A stretch of 33,753 nt of DNA. It comes from Chthonomonadales bacterium (GTDB lineage: Bacteria; Armatimonadota; Chthonomonadetes; Chthonomonadales; Chthonomonadaceae). Numbering within the stretch: the stretch's first letter is position 1; each line of letters begins with the position of its first letter. The notes beneath the pieces are model-generated. The model made no database searches and was not told the DNA's origin. It worked only from the letters and a program-made list of their open reading frames with translations. The stretch covers positions 1 to 33,753 of the forward strand of contig JBBQPO010000024.1 in NCBI GenBank assembly GCA_038217285.1, written 5' to 3'. Positions 26,284 through 33,753 of the stretch are shown piece after piece. The translations under genes were made by a program, and so were the position numbers.

Positions 26284-28842
26284 ATGACCAAGACCGAATC
26301 TGCCGCGTCCGAAGCCGGACGCAAATCACGTTTGACACCCCGAACACTGCTGGAAGTAAAGCGCCTGAGCGAGCCGCAGATGCACCCGGATGGGGAGCGC
26401 ATCGCTTTCGTCGTCACCGAACCTGATTTCGAGGAGAGCCTGAATGTCAGCCATATCTGGCTGACGGAGTGGCCGATTCACGACGAGGAGGAGGCTCCTG
26501 GCAGCGGAGAGAAGGCGGAAAGTGGCTCCCCACCCCCTGCGGCTTCTCCGGAAGATTTGACGCGACAACTCACCTTTTCGCGCGACGGGGAGGACTACCC
26601 GAAATGGTCACCGGACGGCAGGTATCTCGCCTTTCTCTCTGCCCGCCCCGATCCGACGAAATCGGTGGACGACGAGGACGAAGACCCCACCGCGCAGGTC
26701 TGGGTGCTGCCCGAGGATGGCGGCGAAGCCTACTGCGTCACGGATGCGAAAGAGGGAGTTCTCGACTACGCCTGGAGTTCCGACAGCGCCTCCGTGGTCT
26801 ATCTGGCCCCGGAGCCTCGCCCGCGCCCCCTGGAGAGCGTCCGCAAAGACGAACGGGACCGGCGTAAGGTCGATCCGGTCGTGGAGCACGAAGACCGTCT
26901 GCGCCGACAGTTCTGGCACATCGAGGTGGAGAACGGGAAGCCGAAGCTGCTGCACACGGCGGACGTTGGCGTCTCGGAGTTCGCGCTGGCCCCCGACGAC
27001 ACGCGCCTCGTCTACGTGACCAATCGCACCGGGGATCCGAACGACTACCATGTCGGCGATCTGACGCTCGTGACCCTGCCTGATGGCGCGAGCCGCGATT
27101 TGCCCGCCCGCCCTGGTGACAAGACGCATCTGCGCTGGTCGCCCGACAGCAACCATTTGGCCTTCCTCGCCTGGCTCGATCCCGCCCTCTCCTACTCGCG
27201 CCAATGCCTCTACGCGCTTGACCTCTCCAATTCCGAGGCTGCGCCCGCCTACCGTCTGCTCACCGACCCGGCCTTCGACTTCGACCTGACCTGCTTCGAG
27301 TGGTGCCAGGAGGACGGCGCGCTCTACGCCCTGGCGGCGGTCGGCACCGGCAGTGAGATCGTGCGGATCGACGCGGCGACCACGCAGCGGCTCTCCCCAA
27401 ACCACGCGACCGTGATGGAGGATCTGGGCATCGATCCGGAAGGCGACGCGCTGGTGTTCATCGCGGAGTCGGCGACGGCCTTCCCTGAAATCTTCGCACG
27501 GGACACGGACGGCATCGTGCAGCAGCTCACGCGGCTGAATGCCGACATCAGCGATCAGCACGTTCTGCCGCGCCAGGAGGTCGTCGCCTGGGACAGTCCG
27601 GACGGAACCCACATCGAGGGTGTGCTTACGTATCCCAACGACTATGTCGCGGGCTCGCGCGTTCCGCTGATCGTCGATATTCATGGCGGGCCGAAAGGGC
27701 GCGCCATGCACCGTCTGCGTTCCTACTCGTTCCCACCGGTCTGGGCGGCGGAGGGCTATGCCGTTCTGCGCCCGAACTTCCGGGGCAGCGAGGGGTACGG
27801 CAACGCCTTCGCCATCGCCAACCGGCGCGACCTGGGCGGCGGCGACTTCGCCGACATCATGGCCGGGGTAGACTGGTGCATCGCGCAGGGAATAGCAGAC
27901 CCCGAGCGCATGGGCGTCATGGGCGGCTCCTACGGCGGCTATATGACCAACTGGGCCATCGGCCACACCGACCGCTTCCGCGCCGCCGTCTCCATGTTCG
28001 GTATCTTTCATTTGCAGACCGACTACAGCAACTCCGAGCTCTCCCGTTGGGACAACGACTATCTCGGTGCCTACTACTGGGAGGACCCGGAGATCTTCCG
28101 TCGCCTCTCCCCCGGCTCTTACCTGACGCAGATCAAGACGCCGACCCTGATCCTGCACGGCGACGAGGATACCAACACCGTCCTCAGCAACTCTCGGGAG
28201 CTCTATCAGGCGCTGCGCCATCGCGGCGTCGTCACCCAGTTCGTCCACTACCCCCGCGAGTCCCACGGCCTGAACGAGCCGAATCACCGCCTCGACGAGA
28301 GCCGCCGCTGCCTCGCCTGGATGGACAAGTATGTCCGTAATCCTGGCCAGGCCACCGCTGCCTATCGTGTCGGCGACAAAATCCCCCACAGCAACGGCAA
28401 GTTCGAGATGCAGATCACGCGTGTGGAGATCACCTCGTTTCTCGGTCAGCCGGAAGACAAAGAGAAAAACAGTCCCGGTTCCTCCGCCTTGCTGGAGGTC
28501 ATCTTCACGATCTACAACACAGACACGCGCCAGACCGTCGAACCCATCAAACTGTCACTCTCGGACATCCGGTTAGAAAGCAAGGGCGACGGGGCCGCCG
28601 ACATGCCGCTGACACCCGTAGGAATCCCGCTCGACATGCCGGGCGGAAAGCTGTTGGTCGAGGGCGAAAACATCCACATCCTCCAACACCCCAGCGCCGA
28701 AACCAAACAGTTGGCCTTCACCTTCGGGGCCGTCTTCCGCGTTCCAAAAACCGGCGACCGCCTGCTCCGTATCGCCGATTTCCCCCTGGCATCCGTCCAT
28801 TGGACAGAGCATGATGACGCCTCCACCGACGATCCTACATAA
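26284..28842 (+). CDS. S9-family peptidase (dipeptidyl aminopeptidase/acylaminoacyl peptidase) with beta-propeller and extra C-terminal domain
   Basis: WSPDG propeller repeats, HGGP, NFRGSEGYG, GGSYGG nucleophile, HGDED and ESHG catalytic D/H; ATG at 26284. Confidence 0.93.
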   Translation: MTKTESAASEAGRKSRLTPRTLLEVKRLSEPQMHPDGERIAFVVTEPDFEESLNVSHIWLTEWPIHDEEEAPGSGEKAESGSPPPAASPEDLTRQLTFSRDGEDYPKWSPDGRYLAFLSARPDPTKSVDDEDEDPTAQVWVLPEDGGEAYCVTDAKEGVLDYAWSSDSASVVYLAPEPRPRPLESVRKDERDRRKVDPVVEHEDRLRRQFWHIEVENGKPKLLHTADVGVSEFALAPDDTRLVYVTNRTGDPNDYHVGDLTLVTLPDGASRDLPARPGDKTHLRWSPDSNHLAFLAWLDPALSYSRQCLYALDLSNSEAAPAYRLLTDPAFDFDLTCFEWCQEDGALYALAAVGTGSEIVRIDAATTQRLSPNHATVMEDLGIDPEGDALVFIAESATAFPEIFARDTDGIVQQLTRLNADISDQHVLPRQEVVAWDSPDGTHIEGVLTYPNDYVAGSRVPLIVDIHGGPKGRAMHRLRSYSFPPVWAAEGYAVLRPNFRGSEGYGNAFAIANRRDLGGGDFADIMAGVDWCIAQGIADPERMGVMGGSYGGYMTNWAIGHTDRFRAAVSMFGIFHLQTDYSNSELSRWDNDYLGAYYWEDPEIFRRLSPGSYLTQIKTPTLILHGDEDTNTVLSNSRELYQALRHRGVVTQFVHYPRESHGLNEPNHRLDESRRCLAWMDKYVRNPGQATAAYRVGDKIPHSNGKFEMQITRVEITSFLGQPEDKEKNSPGSSALLEVIFTIYNTDTRQTVEPIKLSLSDIRLESKGDGAADMPLTPVGIPLDMPGGKLLVEGENIHILQHPSAETKQLAFTFGAVFRVPKTGDRLLRIADFPLASVHWTEHDDASTDDPT

Positions 28843-28880
28843 CGCCTGTATCAAGAGGAGCAGCAGGACGACGCAGAGAT

Positions 28881-29423
28881 ATGAACATAGCGACCCTCAA
28901 GAATCTCATTCAAACTACGCCGTGGTTTAGCACACTCGGACAACCCTACCGACCGAAAGAAAAGGTGATAAGCGTTAGCGGTGAGCAATGGACACCTTTT
29001 ATCTCTGCCTTAACGGAGGCTGAATTCGGCCTGCTGCATGATAGAATAGCGCTGGAAACCTTTCCTTTCGCAGACTTCGATTGGCTCCCAACGACAATTT
29101 ATGACGATGATCCTGTTCACAAAGAGAGACTAGTCGAGAAGGCACGCCTGGAAGGAAGAGAGAAAGATTTCAAGGCCGTTCGAGTGGAGATCTTTCGACT
29201 GACGCAGGTCGCGTTGCGTTCGGCATCGGCGCATCCTCTGCTCGTGGTCGGCCCGACCGACACGACTGGAGCCGCACGGGGCGGGGCGCTGTTTGCCTGT
29301 CGGGCTGCGGCGGCAGAGTTACTGGTTGATCAACCAGGTTTCTGGTGTGATATCATTCTGCTTTATCATGCAGGTCACTGGCCGTTTGGTAGAATGAAAT
29401 CTGGAGAAGTGGTTATTCTCTAA
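28881..29423 (+). CDS. Hypothetical protein (lower GC)
   Basis: 180-aa ATG-started ORF filling the gap; no family recognised. Confidence 0.65.
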   Translation: MNIATLKNLIQTTPWFSTLGQPYRPKEKVISVSGEQWTPFISALTEAEFGLLHDRIALETFPFADFDWLPTTIYDDDPVHKERLVEKARLEGREKDFKAVRVEIFRLTQVALRSASAHPLLVVGPTDTTGAARGGALFACRAAAAELLVDQPGFWCDIILLYHAGHWPFGRMKSGEVVIL

Positions 29424-29514
29424 CAGCGTTTCTCGTCATCCATGATGGACGCCGTGCCTTTCTGAGTTCACCGGACAAGGCAGTCCTACCGAAATCAGGC
29501 AAGAAAGCTATTTT

Positions 29515-29919
29515 TTACTCTTTCAGACCCAGTTGCACCTTTAGTTCGGCCAGGATGAGTTCAGGTGTGTCCTCGGATTTTTTAGCGCCTTCAATAATGC
29601 GCTCCAAGAGTTCGGAGGACACAGGGGCCTTACGCTCGAACATATCAGGCATGTTCAGCCTTTCGAGATGGAGCAACTTTTCCACTTCGAGCTTTTTGAG
29701 AGAGTGAAAACTCACTACTGTCGGGCGGTTGATAAACGGGTGATCACCAGGGTGGAGGATAAGAGTGTTATCCGAATCGTATTGTGCTGTGTTGAACCTG
29801 AGAGCCAAAACAAGGAGAGGTTTCCCATAGGGGGCGCAAAGGACCACATAAAGATGGCCCTTATCTGTCCCGACCTTATCGCGCACGAAAAACGTGTCTC
29901 CTGCTTGAAAACTCGCCAT
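29515..29919 (-). CDS. Putative toxin (PanT; PemK/MazF-like fold suspected) of a Panacea toxin-antitoxin pair
   Basis: Translationally coupled (TAATG) to the Panacea gene; GDTFF...HLYVVL...LILHPGDHPFINRPTVV pattern recalls PemK-like barrels. Confidence 0.6.
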   Translation of the reverse strand: MASFQAGDTFFVRDKVGTDKGHLYVVLCAPYGKPLLVLALRFNTAQYDSDNTLILHPGDHPFINRPTVVSFHSLKKLEVEKLLHLERLNMPDMFERKAPVSSELLERIIEGAKKSEDTPELILAELKVQLGLKE

Positions 29920-30452
29920 TACACGAGAGCCAGGACACGCTTTAGGGCGACATCAGCCCCAATGTCATCCATAGTGTCCTCAATCTCTTGCTCTGTAAAA
30001 CCCGCGCCCCGCATCACCGTCTGGTAAGGTATCTCGATGGTACTCCCATGCGGGTTTTGCCACTCGGGGAGCTCATGGGTGAGTCTTACCAGTTCTTGCC
30101 AGTTCAGGCTCCCGTATTGTGTGAAAATGTCGGCGATGATCTTGCCTTCGGCTCGGGACAGGTCTCCTGTGCCAGGGTCGCTCTGCAAGACCACTGAGCG
30201 GTTGATCGTCTGTATGTGTTCGCTCCACAACGATGCAGGGTCGTTACCTTTGATCAAGTGGTAGGTGTTTGATAACACAGGCCCGTTGTTCATACTGACC
30301 CAGCGGTCGTAAGAGATGGGCCGCCCGCGCGTGATGAGCATTTTCCTATCGGCAAGATAGAGCAGCTTGATGAGCTTGAGGTAGGGCAGGCACCCTTTTG
30401 AGAGCTTCAAAAAACTCGCGGCCATTTGTGTAGTTTTGTCTTCTCGAAACAT
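29919..30452 (-). CDS. Panacea/SocA (DUF4065) domain antitoxin
   Basis: LKLIKLLYLADR...GRPISYDRWVSMNNGPVLS...LVRLTHELPEW motifs; ATG at 30452 with GGGAGG. Confidence 0.88.
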   Translation of the reverse strand: MFREDKTTQMAASFLKLSKGCLPYLKLIKLLYLADRKMLITRGRPISYDRWVSMNNGPVLSNTYHLIKGNDPASLWSEHIQTINRSVVLQSDPGTGDLSRAEGKIIADIFTQYGSLNWQELVRLTHELPEWQNPHGSTIEIPYQTVMRGAGFTEQEIEDTMDDIGADVALKRVLALV

Positions 30453-30624
30453 AATTGTCCCTCCCAACTGCACCGCAGGAACCAGCACACCGCTCACGAA
30501 AAACTATGCCTGTCTGTCACGTTAACCACTCTATTGTAACACATAGGTTGCGCTTTCGCGGAAGGCACAAAGGGCTGCTGATACCGTTCAGGCTTTTCAA
30601 AGTGAAGTTTCGGACTGAAGGCAT

Positions 30625-30662
30625 AAAAAAGATCGGAACCAAGATGAGCTTGGTTCCGATCT
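30625..30662 (-). terminator. Rho-independent terminator after the RRM gene
   Basis: 14-bp stem agatcggaaccaag/cttggttccgatct with a T-run on the minus strand. Confidence 0.85.
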
Positions 30663-30687
30663 ATTACAGTGTCTACTGCGAGGCTGA

Positions 30688-31044
30688 CTACCAGCGGCTG
30701 TTGTTGTTGCCACCACCGCCGCCGCCGCCACGGCTTCCGCCGCCGCCGCCGCCGCCATAACCACCACCGCCGCCGCCACCGCTGCGAGGACGATCCTCAC
30801 GGGGTTTGGCTTCGTTGACGGTCAGGGTGCGTCCGCCCATAAGCGTACCGTTCAGGGCATTGATCGCGGACTGAGCCTCGGCGTCAGTGCCCATTTCCAC
30901 GAAGCCGAAGCCCTTGGCTTGGCCGGTGTACTTGTCGGTGATCACGCTGGCCGAAGAGACCGTGCCGTGCGAGGAGAACAGGTTCTGCAGTTCCTGCTCG
31001 GTTGCAGAGTAGGGAAGTCCGCCAACATAAATACGTGTCGCCAT
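30688..31044 (-). CDS. RNA-binding protein (single RRM with Gly-rich tail)
   Basis: IYVGGL (RNP2), KGFGFVEM (RNP1), VNEAKPRE, GGGG/RGG tail encoded by a (GGC)n run; AAGGAG SD. Confidence 0.95.
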   Translation of the reverse strand: MATRIYVGGLPYSATEQELQNLFSSHGTVSSASVITDKYTGQAKGFGFVEMGTDAEAQSAINALNGTLMGGRTLTVNEAKPREDRPRSGGGGGGGYGGGGGGGSRGGGGGGGNNNSRW

Positions 31045-31266
31045 TCTGTTATGGCTCCTTTCATTCTCTTTCCCAATGTTGGAAAAGGGTCCGATGCCGC
31101 GCGAAATACAGCCACGCACCACATCAAAAGTAGATGAAGCCTGTTGTTGTCTTCACCATCTGAAACGAACGTCAGGAAAGCCAGAAGTAGCCGAACAGAA
31201 GAATGCACACAAGGATCATAGATCGCGGATCAGTCCAAAACTTCATGTCGATCGGATAGATGCTGT

Positions 31267-31275
31267 ATTATACCA
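31267..31275 (-). promoter_or_regulatory. Extended -10 promoter candidate for the RRM gene
   Basis: Minus strand TGg-TATAAT about 220 nt upstream of the ATG. Confidence 0.5.
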
Positions 31276-31346
31276 TAGAAATGTTAACGTCGCCCTCTTT
31301 TGAGGGCATCAGGAGAAAAATTTTGTCGAAATCCTCGAAAAATCCC

Positions 31347-31952
31347 ATGCACCAGGACGCAATCCGACTGCTACTCATCGCAAGTGTGGGAGCAACAGGT
31401 CTGCTGTTGCTCTGGAAGAGTCGTGCCAGGGCCCGACAACGGCTCGACGATTCTTATGTCACGCCCACGACGTTCGACAGGCATCCGCAGCCCGGCGATC
31501 TGCTGCTATTTCATAGCGCGAAGGGTCTGAACCGCATGATCACCGCGTTTACCGGCTCGCCCTTCTATCATGTCGCCCTCTATGTCTCGAAAGACAGGGC
31601 CATCGAAGCGAGTCTGAAGGGCGTCGGCTATCGCGATCTGCGCGGGCCGGAGAACAGTTACGTTGTCATTCGCTCCCCAGCGGACAATGGGCATGCGGCG
31701 GTCGCCTGGGCCGAGACTCAGCGCGGTGCGAAGTACGCCGGTCTCGATCTGGCGGTCATAGTGCTGGACAAGTTCTTCCGGTTCCTTCACTTCAACTACA
31801 CGCCGCCGGGCAAATACTCGTGCGGCGAGTTTGTCGAAACCGCCTACGAAAAGGCGGGCGCGCGGCTGATCCCGGATCGGGATCTGGACGACGTCGTCCC
31901 CGGAGATTTCGCCCGCTTCGTGCCCACCACCGAGCGTAAGCAGCTCCGCTGA
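31347..31952 (+). CDS. Permuted papain-like amidase (YiiX/YebB-like NlpC/P60 family) with N-terminal membrane anchor
   Basis: QPGDLLLF, SPFYHVALY (His) preceding YSCGEFV (Cys), VVPGD end. Confidence 0.83.
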   Translation: MHQDAIRLLLIASVGATGLLLLWKSRARARQRLDDSYVTPTTFDRHPQPGDLLLFHSAKGLNRMITAFTGSPFYHVALYVSKDRAIEASLKGVGYRDLRGPENSYVVIRSPADNGHAAVAWAETQRGAKYAGLDLAVIVLDKFFRFLHFNYTPPGKYSCGEFVETAYEKAGARLIPDRDLDDVVPGDFARFVPTTERKQLR

Positions 31953-31984
31953 CATCACGACAGTATTTTGCCGACTCAGTAACA

Positions 31985-32017
31985 CGATAGCTCCTGCCGA
32001 ATTGGCGGGAGCTATCG
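31985..32017. terminator. Hairpin between the convergent amidase gene and tRNA-Thr (possible bidirectional terminator)
   Basis: cgatagctcctgcc/ggcgggagctatcg stem with one G-T pair; weak U-tracts. Confidence 0.6.
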
Positions 32018-32038
32018 ACTACCGTGTATTGAGGGGAA

Positions 32039-32110
32039 AGCCTCCGCTCAGATTCGAACTGAGGACCTACTGTTTACAAGACAGTTGCGCTACCACTGCG
32101 CCACAGAGGC
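32039..32110 (-). tRNA. tRNA-Thr (anticodon TGT), CCA not encoded
   Basis: Minus strand GCCTCTG/CGGAGGC acceptor stem, ACTGT-CTTGTAA-ACAGT anticodon arm, CTCAG-TTCGAAT-CTGAG T-arm. Confidence 0.96.
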
Positions 32111-32144
32111 GGGATACCGCCTTGAGCGGGTTCCCAACCTACGT

Positions 32145-32173
32145 ATTGTATCACCGTCCGCCGTACCTGTCAA
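32145..32173 (-). promoter_or_regulatory. Sigma70 promoter for tRNA-Thr
   Basis: Minus strand TTGACA, 17-nt spacer, TACAAT. Confidence 0.8.
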
Positions 32174-32278
32174 GATTTGGCGTGGAAGGAATCCTGGTTT
32201 TGCATGGCGAATCAAAGCAGGCATCTGCCACAATCTTGCGTTCCCGTGCGGGACGCCGTTTCAGGAGAGAATGAATCC

Positions 32279-32734
32279 ATGCGCAAACTATCTTTCACAC
32301 TGGCGTGCGCGGTTCTCGTGCTCGGTCCCATCACCGGTACGCTGGCCAACCCGCCGAAGAAGCACACCAAGCCCGCCGCCAAGTCGGGTACCGCGAAGAC
32401 CATTACCACGAAATCCGGCCTGAAATATGTCGATCTGAAAGTCGGCAAAGGGCACTCGCCGAAATCCGGTCAGGAGGTGACGGTGCACTACGTTGGTATG
32501 CTGACGAACGGCACGAAGTTCGACAGTTCCCGCGACAGAGGGATGCCATTTACCTTCACCATCGGGCAGCAGCAGGTCATCCCAGGCTGGGATGAGGGCG
32601 TCATGACGATGAAGATCGGCGGTCTACGCAAACTCATCGTGCCGCCCAGCCTCGGCTATGGCCCTGGCGGCCAGGGTCCCATTCCGCCGAATGCGACGCT
32701 TATTTTCGAAGTGGAGCTGCTTGGCGTAAAATAG
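32279..32734 (+). CDS. FKBP-type peptidyl-prolyl cis-trans isomerase with signal peptide
   Basis: [52 protein letters not shown]. Confidence 0.93.
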   Translation: MRKLSFTLACAVLVLGPITGTLANPPKKHTKPAAKSGTAKTITTKSGLKYVDLKVGKGHSPKSGQEVTVHYVGMLTNGTKFDSSRDRGMPFTFTIGQQQVIPGWDEGVMTMKIGGLRKLIVPPSLGYGPGGQGPIPPNATLIFEVELLGVK

Positions 32735-32803
32735 AACATTGGCGCAGGCGGCTCCCGGCTTCGATACACCGACTCTGCTATGTAAAGGATTCTCACGCGC
32801 TTT

Positions 32804-33289
32804 ATGAGCACACCACTCCCCAAGAAGAAGATCGTACCGGCGCTTGCTGTCGCCATCGGCATCGTCGCGGTCATCGTAGCCTATGCGTTTTTCTCGCCTG
32901 CCGGTAAGCTGACCACCGAGAAGGTCTCAGAGAAGGCCACCGCGCAGACCGTTACGACTGGCTCCGGTCTGAAATATACCGATCTGATTGTCGGTACGGG
33001 ACCCTCGCCGACAACCGGGCAGGAAGTGACCGTCCACTATGTCGGTACGCTGACAGACGGCACGAAGTTCGACAGCTCCCGTGACCATGGGACTCCGTTT
33101 ACCTTCACCATCGGAACGCACCAGGTCATCAAAGGCTGGGATGAGGGCGTTCTGACCATGAAGGTGGGCGGCAAACGCAACCTGATCGTTCCTCCCGAAC
33201 TTGGCTATGGCGCCGCTGGCACTCCGGGCGGACCAATTCCGCCGAACGCGACGCTCAATTTCGAAGTAGAGTTGCTCAGCGTAAAATAG
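32804..33289 (+). CDS. FKBP-type peptidyl-prolyl cis-trans isomerase with N-terminal membrane anchor
   Basis: [45 protein letters not shown]. Confidence 0.93.
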   Translation: MSTPLPKKKIVPALAVAIGIVAVIVAYAFFSPAGKLTTEKVSEKATAQTVTTGSGLKYTDLIVGTGPSPTTGQEVTVHYVGTLTDGTKFDSSRDHGTPFTFTIGTHQVIKGWDEGVLTMKVGGKRNLIVPPELGYGAAGTPGGPIPPNATLNFEVELLSVK

Positions 33290-33310
33290 AGCGTCCCCTT
33301 CCGTTCCGTG

Positions 33311-33342
33311 GCCCGGCACACACTCTGTGTACCGGGCTTTTT
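33311..33342 (+). terminator. Rho-independent terminator after the FKBP pair
   Basis: gcccggcacaca/tgtgtaccgggc stem (one mismatch) followed by TTTTT. Confidence 0.7.
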
Positions 33343-33562
33343 GGTGATTCCTTCTTCTTACCCGGCAAATTACAAAAAAATTTGTGGATTCCTCCGTTTT
33401 CAGAAACGCTGCGCGCGTTTGAATGCGTATTGATAAATAGCTGGCAGTTCTCCCACGAACGCTTCCGTTGATTTGTTTCTTCGTCTTGAAGCGAAACCGT
33501 GGGTACGCTTGACTGCGTCGATGAAACCCTTACAATACTTCCCTTTGAGGTACAAAACGAAA

Positions 33563-33753
33563 ATGAATACTTCACCAATACGCAACCGCGCCTCGCGCGC
33601 CGTCATCATCCCGGTCGCTTTCGCGCTGGGAGCCGCCACCGTCATGGGACTGCGCGGCAACGCCGGTTCGCAGCAGAACAGTCCGCCGTTACAGCCGCCG
33701 GCCCAGGCCCTGAGCATGCAGACGGCGTTCGAGCAGGTGGCCGTGAAACTGCG
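33563..33753 (+). CDS. Partial CDS, probable HtrA/DegP-type serine protease N-terminus (runs off the window)
   Basis: MNTSPIRNRASRAVIIPVAFALGAATVMGLRG...ALSMQTAFEQVAVKLR: a TM segment plus the 'F..VA.K..P(SVV)' helix that precedes HtrA protease domains; TTGACT-16-TACAAT at 33509-33536. Confidence 0.55.
   Translation, partial: MNTSPIRNRASRAVIIPVAFALGAATVMGLRGNAGSQQNSPPLQPPAQALSMQTAFEQVAVKL

Noticed and set aside
26608-28389. 593-aa antisense ORF opposite the S9 peptidase
   Set aside because: Shadow ORF expected from high-GC codon bias; no recognisable motifs.
30710-30783. (GCC)n run as a contingency or phase-variation repeat
   Set aside because: It is the Gly-rich tail coding sequence of the RRM protein; in-frame triplets cannot switch phase.

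Overview
GC-rich bacterial chromosomal window. The lineage is possibly Armatimonadota-like, inferred weakly from the TPEPG-type PEP-CTERM tail and overall gene content. The left ~9.9 kb is an accessory polymorphic-toxin-like locus on the minus strand. It holds a SAM methyltransferase, an intact IS4-superfamily element with perfect terminal inverted repeats, a small Cys-rich ORF, a TPR-like helical protein and an IS21 istB remnant. It also holds a 1788-aa RHS/YD protein with ~34 strictly periodic 'FD' repeats, a malectin-like domain inserted in its shell and a 15-Cys C-terminal tip, followed by a stand-alone 10-repeat LRR protein. The rest is mostly housekeeping: an HhH-SEDS(FtsW/RodA)-transpeptidase fusion, secG, two tat genes, a pfkB kinase, tRNA-Leu(CAG), a DUF5679-like zinc ribbon, dgoD, accB-hom-DUF1854, a Gfo/Idh/MocA protein and a WecB/TagA glycosyltransferase. 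It continues with an apparently circularly permuted PEP-CTERM protein, an S9 peptidase, a Panacea(SocA)-type toxin-antitoxin pair, an RRM protein, a permuted papain-like amidase, tRNA-Thr(TGT), two FKBP PPIases and the start of a probable HtrA protease. All family calls come from motif recognition by eye; no database searches were run.
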